DNA of 64,000 nucleotides, from contig NC_043002.1 in assembly GCF_006345805.1 (NCBI RefSeq), positions 1,984,001 through 2,048,000 of the forward strand. The letters are read 5' to 3'. Shown here in pieces: positions 52,690 to 64,000 of the stretch (its first letter is position 1; every line of letters begins with the position of its first letter). This DNA is from Octopus sinensis. Lineage: Eukaryota. The notes beneath the pieces were generated by a model that did not search any database, had not been told where the DNA came from, and saw nothing but the letters and a program-made list of their open reading frames with translations. The position numbers and the translations under genes were made by a program.

Positions 52690-54312
52690 TGGATACCAAA
52701 AGAAATATAGAAGCAAAGACCATTCAAAATGAAGAAAGAAAAAGTTTTTGCATTAGTAGATGGTAGTGGAATGCGACAGGTGTCAACTGGTAAAAAAGAA
52801 TTACTAAAATACAAGGAAATGATAAGAGAAAGAGATGAAGTGGTAAAAGTGGAAATTATTATTTTTAAGACATTCTGCTTAAAAGCTCGCGAAATTGATA
52901 AGATATGTGAGCAAAAAATTGAAAAGTGTTTAAAACCCATCTGGCAGGACATGACATACCTAGCCAGAGGGAAGAAGTTTGGAACCATCGTGGTGAGGTT
53001 CAAGAACGCAGAAATGGCACAACAACACTCAGTAAAATTATTAGAGTCGGAAGACAATATTAATCCCAATTTACATAGGGATGAGAACGTCTAAGGTTAG
53101 AATACCAAGAATTCCCTATGTGCTTGATGGGTGATCAGGTTGGAGAGGCAGCTCTTTCGCTTTTTGTGGAAGGGCAAGTCACCACTTGTGAGACGCTCTA
53201 TCTGTTGTCAGAAGCCGTGAAAGGGAGATTTAGGGATGCCTTGGTTAATGATGCGCAGGCATGCGTTGAGGTTGGGGCATATCTGGATTCTCCTGGATGG
53301 TGAACGGGTGTGGTCTCCGTTAGCCAGACAAATGTTCCCCGAGTTCAAAAGATTTTGCAAACAGGAAGCCTGGTGTTCTAGTAGACCGAGGTCGAGTAAG
53401 TGGCATATGGAGTGTCGCAAGGCCCGCCTGTTCTTCCGACGCTCGGGCAACGCCAGTGGTGGGGGTTTTACACGTTTTTTATATAGTGGGTTGGTAGAGT
53501 CTGAATGTGACGATGGCCTGGGTGCGACTCTAGGTCTCGGGTATATTCAACTCGATAGCTTGTTCCACCGTACATTCGAGTTGAGAACGTTGGACAATTT
53601 CCAAAAGTTCTTGACCTGGCAATGTTACAGGGCCGCTTTGTTCGTTTGGGATAAACTCGCAAGACATGGAAAGTCTTACCCTCCTGTCCAAGATGCAGTG
53701 GGGTGGATAGGGAAACCGTCCCTCACGCTATTTTCCAGTGCCCGGAGATATCTGAAATGTGGGTTTATGCTGAACACCTGTTGTTCGGCGAAGAAAGAGT
53801 ACAACTTTCGACTGGGAACATTATAAAAAATTGACCCACCGGAATTTTTAACAAATGAAGGCAAGAATTGTTTTCTCACTGTTGTTGCAATAGCAAAAGT
53901 GGCAGAATGGAAGACTAGATAAAAGGGATTAAGACGGGTAGATTTATCTCCGGCCACGAGTTAAGCTCGTTCTTCACTTTTCACTTGAAAAGGAAGGTTT
54001 GGCTGGAGAAGAGATGCATGTCGGGGAGTGTGTTAAAAAAAAATGGAAGCATGTTGCACGAGTGCTGTGCGTGCAAGGAACCATGTGAAGCAGACGGAAA
54101 AAAAGATACCAGCGATAGATCGGGGCTTATGGGGTCGGAGCGTGGCCTGATCAGCGCTTCATTTGTATTGTCTTTGTATTGTTAATTTCTTTCGATCTTT
54201 TTATGTTGTATTTAAACTTTTAAAGTCACATTATATGTAAAATCATCGCTTTACTGATCCCATCAGTTGTTCTGTCCATTTCTATGTTTGGCCCTCGGTG
54301 GACAATACATAA
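52690..54312 (+). mobile_element. Tx1/L1-clade element with internal deletion of the endonuclease and RT
   Basis: ORF1-like KKFGTIVVRF joined to post-RT ORF2 (RLERQLFRFLWKG, GMPWLMMRRHALRL, DNFQKFLTWQCYR, CPRC...ETVPHAIFQCP). Confidence 0.7.
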
Positions 54313-54480
54313 ATTGGTATTTCGTCTGTCTTTACGTTTTGAGTTCAAATTCTGACGAGGTCGACATTGCCTTTAATCATTTGGGGTTGATAAATTAAGT
54401 ACCATTTGTGTACAGGGGTCGATCTAATCGACTGGCCCCCTCCCCACAAATTTCGAGCCTTGTGCCTAGAGCAGAAAATA
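54313..54480 (+). mobile_element. tRNA-derived SINE (abundant family), 5'-truncated
   Basis: ttcgtctgtctttacgttttgagttcaaat...ggggtcgatctaatcgac. Confidence 0.8.
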
Positions 54481-54694
54481 ATTTTCATCAAGCTTGTCAT
54501 TCATATCTTAATGGCAATAAAATGATTATCAGCGGAAAAGTCTTTTAGGCGCTTTAATTACGTCAACTTGGAGATTCTGAGTTCGAATCCTCGCAACATT
54601 TACTTTATCATTCTTTCCAAATGAATTCCAGTCAAAAACTGGAGTCAAAATAGTTGACCGCCACCTGTAAAAGTGTGTATACCTGTACATATAT

Positions 54695-54895
54695 TGATTT
54701 CAAATTTTGGCACAAGGCCAGCAATTTCTGCGGGAGATGGGTAAGTTGATTACATCAACCCCAGCGCTCAACAGGTATTTATTTTATCGGCAACCAAAGG
54801 ACGAAAGACAAAGTCGACCTCGGGGCGATTTGAACTCAGAACGTAGATGCCGTTAATCATATTTCCCAGCGTGCTAACCATTCTACCAGCTAACT
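54695..54895 (-). mobile_element. tRNA-derived SINE (abundant family)
   Basis: Reverse complement of the family consensus seen in the other copies. Confidence 0.8.
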
Positions 54896-56811
54896 CTGAA
54901 ACAAATCATTTTTATTCTTATAGTGAAATAATTAAGCAACGGAAATAGTGACAATAAACATTTTGAGTTCAAATGTAAAAGATCTTAGCTTAATGTATTC
55001 CTTCCCGAGCCAACAAATAACTGGTGAGTATTTAATATCCTGCGAATGTCTACAAAAGCCAGTGAATTGTGAGCAGCACTGATTAGATGACATCGCTTGT
55101 CTTAATTCATTTTACAATTTAGTTCTGTTCCGTTAACATTTCAAATCCCAACGATGTCGACTCTCTTTCAGACTTCGTCGGATATACGAAATAATTGCCA
55201 ATCATTTTCTAATTTAAATTCAGTCCATCGATGCAACAAATTCATTATTATTGTGAAAGTGTTTTGCCAGAATATATATTCTGTATTATTTAATTATGTT
55301 AATTTGCCTTACGCATATAAATTCCGGCAGAAATTGCCATTCCCCAAATCTCTTTAGAGATCTATAAATATAAATACGAGGCAAGTACACAGTACTTTCT
55401 CGGGCTATGTCCTCTATATGCACTTGACTCTGTCCTGGTGAAAGAATAAATGAAATTAAAAAATATTGTGCTGCCGATTATAGGCTTAGGAATCAATAAT
55501 GTGTAACAGCGGAAATTATTATTTATTAAGGAAGATTGAAGGAAATGCGAAAAAATTTAGCGATCGCCATGAAATGAAGTTAAGCTTTAGTAAAGAGACT
55601 AAATTATATTGAACTTTTTAATCTCGAACCAAACCATTGTTATTAGCAAGGTATAGCACGGGAAATAGTGAATTTGTATGAAAAATTTATAAACAAACAA
55701 AAGTACTCCTCCCAACCTTTCTCTCTTTTCTCCTTTTCTTCCATCATATTAACATATGTATGTATATGTATGTTTGTATGTGAGTGTGTGTCTGTGCATC
55801 TGTGTGTATATATGTCTGTTATAAAATCAATAATACAAAATGAAAGACGATAGCACAGAAGAACGAATATTAATAGATAATGTGTTATCATAAAAACATA
55901 AACAGATAGAGACAACGCTTCGGACACACGTCATTCATCAGAACAAAAGTATAGGAGGAAAGTATAAGAGAAAAGTGTGAGGAGAAAGGTTGCTCTAGGA
56001 AAGTAAAAAATGGATGGCAAGTCAGGGGCTCTGTGAAAGTGCAATTCTATGCGTGAGACTATAAGGGACAAGGCAGCAGGGTATCAGGGTATGTGCTCAG
56101 GTATAGAGTGTATGCGTATATTTAGATAGGCATAAGGGGAAGAGATGTGTGTGAAAGGGTGAAGTGTGGAATTTTAGTGATCTGGTACTAAGACATTTTG
56201 TAGCATAAAATAAATGGTAGATTTGAAGTAAATCAAGCCACCAATGCAGTGTTGAGCACTCGTTCTCATCTTTCGACATTTATATATATATATATATATA
56301 TATAAATCCTTAAAATCCTTTAAAATGTTTTAGCCCGAAGGCCGCGGCCATGCTGGGGCACCACTGCTGATATATAATCAAATTAGGCAACAAGGATATC
56401 CAGAAGTAATGCAGTACGATCGTTTCATGCAAGTCCATTTAATTGAACGATGCAACCATTACATCAATTTAAATACAGAGCAACCCTCAGCTGCACTAAG
56501 ACATAGAATTCTCTGTCTAGAATATTCTATATATATCTGTGTTTCCACTGTCCTGTTTTTGTTCCCAACTTTGACCCTCCAGGGGTCTTAAATTTTATTT
56601 TAGAATTTATAAGAGCAGCTGTCTTTGAAGACCGATATTGTCGTTGAATGCGCAAAGTGAAGAGTGGATAGACAGCCGGCAACTGATGGTGTGTGGGAGG
56701 GGCTCCTTTCTCTGAGTTTACTTGTCCTGTTTTATTTTTTTCTCTCGTTTTCACGTATTTAACTCGTTTGCGTCTTTCATTTCGTTTTTCACAGTTGGTG
56801 ACGTCCTGTAC

Positions 56812-56854
<43 letters not shown>

Positions 56855-57029
56855 CATACATACATACATACATACATACATACATACATACATACATACA
56901 TACATACATACATACATGCGTATGTGTATAATTATATATTCACATATAGATATATTATTTATTATTATGATTATTTAATTGAATGCCGCGCATCTATTTT
57001 TAAGTATGCACACACACACACACACGCAT

Positions 57030-57072
<43 letters not shown>

Positions 57073-57170
57073 TTTCAAATATGAAATAGAAGCAGTGCTA
57101 GTGAAATAAACATTTGCAACCAATATACGTCAAGTATATGCGGTCCATTAGGTTTATATATAGAGAGAGA

Positions 57171-57290
57171 GTATGTGTGTATATATCTATGTATGTATGT
57201 GTATGTGTGTATATATATATGTATGTATGTGTATGTGTGTATATATCTATGTATGTATGTGTATGTGTGTATATATATATATGTATGTAT
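57171..57290. repeat. 30-bp tandem repeat, four copies, with alternating variants
   Basis: GTATGTGTGTATATAT(C/A)TATGTATGTATGT. Confidence 0.85.
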
Positions 57291-58371
57291 GTGTATGTAT
57301 GCATGTCTTTATGCATGTACATATTTTCTTCGAATCTCCCTTGAAACAATTCATCTCTCTCTATATATAGCGATTTTTGTTGTTGTTGTTCTAAGAGAGT
57401 CGGTTGATTTCGAGGTGTTCTATTCCTTTAGATTCAGGGCAATTGTTTGCTGTTCATTCTTCTGATATATATTTGCGTTAAAGTTGTTGTTCCAGCAAGA
57501 GATATCAACAAAACAGATCTACAATGCTCTCTGCTTACTTTTTGCTACAAACGCCTTCGGTGGAAGGCATTGTGTTGATTAGCTTCTTCTTTCTTGTTCG
57601 TTATTTGATGTTTTATGCATTCATTGAGAAAATTATTCGATTAAACATCAAAGTTTCTCAGGTCACGTATAATATAAAAAGGATGACCGTTTCATCAAGA
57701 AGGACTGAAGTTGGAAATTAAGTACCTTTTCTCCTGTAGGCGACTCTACCCGCTTTCTATCGTTTAATTTCTGCTGAATTATTCGTATGCTGTTTGAAAA
57801 CTTGGGAGAGAAATGGATAAATTCTTTTCTTAAATCTGTGAGATAGCATTTCATTTCTTGACAACAGCATTGGTAAGCACTTGAAAGTTGTTTATGTGCC
57901 GGTCTTTATATTAAAATAAAAGCCGATGATTCAGTTATATTCACACAGAAACCACAAACAAATAGACTATCTTGGAGATAATATATGATAGCAGCGCAGT
58001 AATAAATCAGTTATCCGGAAGGGGGAAAAATCTATAATTCCAACGTTGTAGGAACATGTGTGGTAATAAGTCGATGTTTTATCACAGTCGGTGAAGGAAT
58101 ACATTATATTGAGTGTTGAGATAAAAGAAAAGTAATCAATCGCATTTGAACAGTATTAGGTATTTCTATTTCCTGATCAAGACTTTGAAGGGAACTTGCA
58201 TAACATGACGGGGAAAAGGGATTGCATAATTATACAGAATAAATAATGGAGATTATTGCTGTTATTCCCACTGAAGTTAATTCCTTGATTGCTTATCTTT
58301 CTTGTCGGATTAATGTCTATGTTCAGTTTTTCAGTGTAATATACAAAGCAAAACATACACTTCCTCTCGAA

Positions 58372-58402
<31 letters not shown>

Positions 58403-59019
58403 AGTAGTGAATTCATATTGGGGTAGAGACCTTGTAGTATGCTGTTTAAAGCCTGTCTACAGTATCCGGCTACCTGATGTAAACAACACTGTGGAGGCTT
58501 AAGACACTGAATTCACTCCAGGAATTCCTTTGTGTCAGCAGAGTTTATTTAAAATGATGAGAGAGATGATGGAATTCACGAGAGTCTTGTATTCAGAATC
58601 CCTACGATTGTTTTGATTCATCATGCGCCGGTTCCTTACAGGTGACATGCTGTACAATCAATTGTCACGCATTATTTGCTCAGATGCGTCTGCTCAGATA
58701 ACTGTTCAAAAAGTTCCTCGTGTTTTTCTTTACTATGACAGTACACACCTAACTCCCGATCTGACATCGACATCACCGTGGCGACTGTGAAAACACTTCA
58801 GTAACAAGGAATTGTCCCACAACTGATTTGTGGATTTATTTCGTATAACTTTGGACTGTTACAACTCCACCCAGGTTGCTGACCTGGTCTGCCTTTTCCT
58901 TCTTTCTGAGGCTTATCAGCAATTCCACAAACTCTCCGGAAGCCTGTACGAGGACGATACACTCCTTACAGCCACCGGTTCACTATTGAATTACTTAGAG
59001 GTTATTTCTCTTAATTATA

Positions 59020-59024
59020 CATAC

Positions 59025-59069
<45 letters not shown>

Positions 59070-59081
59070 ATAATATATTAT

Positions 59082-59128
<47 letters not shown>

Positions 59129-59169
59129 GTATATATATATATGTATATATGTATATATATGTATATATA

Positions 59170-59204
<35 letters not shown>

Positions 59205-59293
59205 GTATATATATAATATATATATATATATGTATATATATATGTATATATATATATATATGTATGTATATATATGTATATATATATATAATG

Positions 59294-59326
<33 letters not shown>

Positions 59327-59414
59327 CATATATATATATATATTATATATATATATATATATACAGGGAGAGAAAGAGATTGAGACAGACAGACAGACAG
59401 ACAGTTAGACAGAC

Positions 59415-59502
<88 letters not shown>
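59020..59502. repeat. (TA)n then (GACA)n/(GATA)n microsatellites
   Basis: Direct inspection. Confidence 0.95.
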
Positions 59503-59504
<2 letters not shown>

Positions 59505-61458
59505 GTGCGCACATTAACACAAGTACACGCGCTCATACAAACATACACACACATATATTTAGAAATTATGTGTTTCTATTAGTTCTGTGATTGCTATTCA
59601 GCATGTATCCATTTCTAGATAATCTGTTTTATAGTAAAGCCAGTGAAACGTTTCACAAAGACGGGCCTCGAAATAAGAACAACCCTGTCTGTATTAGGTA
59701 AATGAGATGAGCATTATGTTCCATTATTTTTACTTCTCTTCTTTCCTAAATACTTTAATCTTTTATTCAGCCGCTGCATCACAACTTTCTATTATTTAGA
59801 ATCATTTTATTTAAACACTTCTTTCGTTGATGTTTACATAAAATGCTGATAAACTTAAATTTCTCTCCACGTTTTACATACGGAATAAAATTTTGAACGG
59901 AACTACTAAGCAATTATCACCTGATATCGTTTTAATTACTCACTGGCAACACGTGTACTGAATTAGTTTTAAAATATATCAAAATATTTCAATAGATTTT
60001 ACTGTTGATGACCATCAGTTAAATGTATTTCTGTTCCTTGCTAAAATAATTTCTCTTCATTACTAATACCGTTAAGATTCTTATAAATCTCATAAATTCC
60101 CATTATTCCTGTTTCGAGTTTTTTTTTTCTGTCTGTTTCATTACTTCAAGAACAGAATAACTGATGCGTTTTCATAATATGGTTTATGTGTTAGAGCGAA
60201 AGAAACGTTAAAAGAACAAAGCTATATTTATCCAAAGGTTTCCTTTTCCTGAGAACAACGTTTAATAAATTTCATTCTTTTTCAATCATAGTTGGTTGCA
60301 TTATAAGGAAAGCGATTAGAAAAGAATGTGCCCCACATTGAGACACTCAAATGGAGTAGAAGAGATGCCAAATATAGATTAAATTAATAATGAAATATAT
60401 TTTGATTTAATTTGCAAGTTTGTGATTTTTAAGCTTAACAATTGAAAGCCTACATAGAAACGTATGAATTAAGATATGAATTTTAATGAAAGTGCTTTAT
60501 GCCTAATATACAGGGTGCAATTTTAAAGTGAATTCCAGAATGCTCTCCGAGAGATATGAAGCAACTTGTTCGTGTATTTACTAGTATTTTAATTAGACAG
60601 AAAGGTCAGTTTCAATGAGTGATGACCATATAAGGTATTAAACGGATGCGCATGTGACAAATATATGTGTGTGTGTATGTATGTGTTCGTGTGTGTGTGT
60701 GTGTGTACATGCATGTATTGAGATATATCTACGTGTATATATGACATTGAGATATATCTACGTCTATGTATGTATGTATGTATGTATGTATGTATGTATG
60801 TATGTATGTATGTATGTATGTACGTATGTACGTATGTATGTATATAGGTATGTAGGTAGACATGTATGTACATATGATGTATGTATGCATGTGTATGTGC
60901 CTATTCATATTAGTAATTATATGTGTGTTCATGTAGGATTCAAGATTGGTCGAAATGTGCCTGTTACAATATATAATAGTTCTATTTCTATTATATGACA
61001 TCATATCGTATTACTTCGTATTTCATATTTTGTAGTTATACTTCATTAATATTATTTAGTTTATGTTGTTGAGTTCACCTTCCAAGAATCGAATCACATG
61101 AGATTTCACTCAACCATCACTGTTGTTATTTTGAGCATTTCGTAGACGATTAGAATAAACGTAATTATCCTTATTAAGCCAATGGTGAGTAAACTTCATT
61201 CTATGCTGTTCCTGGGCCACCAACGATTTCGCAACACTGACTCCACTGTACACATCTCCGTTGACTAGAATACATGTTATCTGCATCCGTTTATATTTTT
61301 TGTTTGGCTGTGCGTATATTTGTGTGGATATGTGTGTATTTGTCTGTGCGCGCGCGTGTGTGTGTGTGTGTTTTCTATGTGCTTGGGAGCGCACGAATAT
61401 ATCTCATATACCCGAGCATGTCTTAAGCTATAAGGAAGGCTGTGCTTAGTTGCATGTG

Positions 61459-61523
<65 letters not shown>

Positions 61524-63201
61524 TAGACAGATAGATAGATAGAAGAACAACAATGCATTTTCAAATTAACTACAGCTGTTGTTTTATTAAACCCCTTTTG
61601 TTTTCTTTTTATATTCACGCGCGACGTTGGTTGGTTGGTTGGTTGGTTGGATGGTTGGTGGGTGGGTGTAGTTATTGCTACTTTACCTTCAAATACGTCC
61701 CACTTAGAGTTTAGTGTCCATGGACACGTATTTATATGTAAACAACTTCGTTTCGCACGCTTACGTCTGATGAACGTCTTGCAATTAAAGACTCAATGTA
61801 GACAGCTTTCAGACGTTTCTGTCCAAGCGAATCTTATAGCAATGGCTAACTGAGAGATATCGTGTACTAGACCCGCAAATTGCATACTGCATTTTTCTGA
61901 ATGTTATACGAGCGGATGTTGAGCACGTTGTTTTACGAAAGCAGTACCTTGTCTGGCAAAGCTATTGGCTGGCAATAAATCTTCTGCTTCAGTGGCATTT
62001 ATCTGAAGGCTTTCGGAAGGCTTGGACTCCGCTTTGTCCCATATCTCTTTGTAACTGTATGGAACTTCAACAAATATTGTTATCTGTATTTATATGAACT
62101 ATGTACGGGTTGCAAGAATGCTTGTTTATATATGTGTGTGTGTTTTGTGTTAATGTCCTTATGTATTGGATGTATATATGCATACGTTTATGGTTAGATG
62201 CGTAGATATTTGTTGATAGATGAACAAATCCATAGATAGATTGCTACATATACACGGATATTTGTGTCAGGTTGATATTGATTTTTAATAAATTAAAGAT
62301 TAAGAAATTGCCACCGTATGCAGTCATATCAGCAAATATAAATATTAATGAAAGAAAGAAAAAATAACAATTGATTTAGGACTGAAATAAGATATTATAT
62401 TCCAAAAAAAATTCTTGTTATATAAAAACCAAATATTCGAAAAAATGATTAAAGAGACCCTAAACAAGACCCCTTTCAGCTTTGCCCCCCTGAAATTTTA
62501 TGATGTAATTCTTTTCCACTAGTTTCCAATAAGATGATATCGTCAAACACTTATGAGACACTATATCATCTTATTTTATGTATTGACCAGCAAATGGCAT
62601 TGTGTTCTTTTCGGTATGTTGCTTGAAATAGATGGAATAACAGGAAATCGGTTAGTATCGTATTCCCCTATTTTTTAGAATAGCTGAATGCTCCAATAAC
62701 TTTAAACTGCACAATACGAAAAAAATCAATATTTATTCCAAATGGAAAATACATATTTCACATTTTTAGTAGTTGGTAGCATAATGCACGTCTCAACAAT
62801 GTTTTGGCATTATCTTGTACAAATCTTTTGTTCTTTTTTTCGAATACAATCGATGAAATGGCAAGATTTACAAACACAGTTCATATCATAATTCTATATA
62901 CTGTTCCATACTTTTTCTTTTCCATCTTACAAAATAAACCTCTTCAAAGTGATGGAGTCATTGCATCTTCCTACCTTCTTACAGACATTTTTCGGTTACA
63001 AATATTTAGAAATTAAATATCCCTGTCACAATGGCGAAGTTATATTTGTGTGTGAGAGTGTGTTTCTGTGTGCGCATGCGTAAGTTTGAGTTTAAGTGTG
63101 CGCACACACACACACACACACACACAAACACATATATATATATATATATTATATATATGTATGTATGTATTTATATGTATGTATGCATATATATATGTAT
63201 G

Positions 63202-63237
<36 letters not shown>

Positions 63238-63431
63238 ATATATATATATATATAAGTATATATATATATGTATTTATATATATAAAATTTGATTAGAGGT
63301 TATTTTAGCCTCATGAAGGGATGGTTTCATGCAAGGATATACTGGTTCAATACCTAATATTTGGGGCGGGAGAATTGATTTCCTTAAAATAGTAGGTTTG
63401 TATTTAGAAACCTATTGTTTATATTCATATA

Positions 63432-63471
<40 letters not shown>

Positions 63472-63722
63472 AGAAGAAGAAGAAGAATATCTATCTTACT
63501 ACCAACAAAGCTTAAACCCTTCGCTTGCACACATAATAATACAAATCATAAATAGTATCATTCAGTCTGTTATAATGAATCTATAAACAAATATATATAT
63601 ATATATTTGTATATTTTTGTTCCCTCTGAAGATATTATGCTCAGAAATATGGACTTGATATTTAATTAATTCATTGAGTATATTTGAAACAGCTGTAAAT
63701 GATGATGTTCAATTTGCTGATA

Positions 63723-63777
<55 letters not shown>

Positions 63778-64000
63778 TATATATAATTAAATAAGGGTAG
63801 AAATTGCAATTAATCAATCAAAACCAGTGGCCTAGCATTTTTAGAAACATCCGAAGATTAAAAGTTTTCTTACATACAAAATTTAAAGTAGTGACCACTA
63901 AAAGAAATGGACACCCTATATGCTAGATATAGACGTCATAATTGCCATTTTCTACGAAGAATGTATTCTCAAGAAAAAAATTCCGCAAAAAACCAAAGTG

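Noticed and set aside
55915-55945. Minus-strand CTGATGA...GAC/GTC-CGAAG motif
   Set aside because: GAAA altered and no stem I; compatible with chance
57730-57880. Splice acceptor and donor pair suggesting an exon
   Set aside because: All three frames contain stops and there is no other supporting exon
63671-63702. TCATT...GAAACAGCTGTA-AATGA with palindromic stem III
   Set aside because: The CUGA half of the core and stem II are missing; possible relic but unsupported

Overview
AT-rich, repeat-dense eukaryotic non-coding DNA. The SINE families and (TA)n/(CA)n/(GTA)n landscape resemble an Octopus-type cephalopod genome (inference from recall, not verified by search). I found no supportable host protein-coding exon, rRNA, intact tRNA or CRISPR array; most ORF-track entries are microsatellite read-through or antisense shadows of TEs. 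The window holds decayed TEs: two RTE LINEs, CR1-like LINEs, a split R4/Dong element, an internally deleted Tx1/L1-clade element, mariner/Tc1 fragments, a TA-flanked foldback MITE, Helentron-type HINE pieces, several tRNA-derived SINEs, and three Penelope-like element (PLE) remnants. The main signal is a hidden population of type I hammerhead ribozyme (HHR) motifs, folded by hand. Three have intact catalytic cores (5-63 minus, 12681-12728 plus, 33616-33660 plus), and about a dozen more are variants or relics from at least five unrelated short repeat families. They sit in a 453-bp tandem retrozyme-like unit, in outward-facing inverted duplications, and downstream of PLE ORFs. HHRs in PLEs and retrozymes are a known class; whether these particular families and core variants have been described needs a database check, and activity needs an in vitro test.
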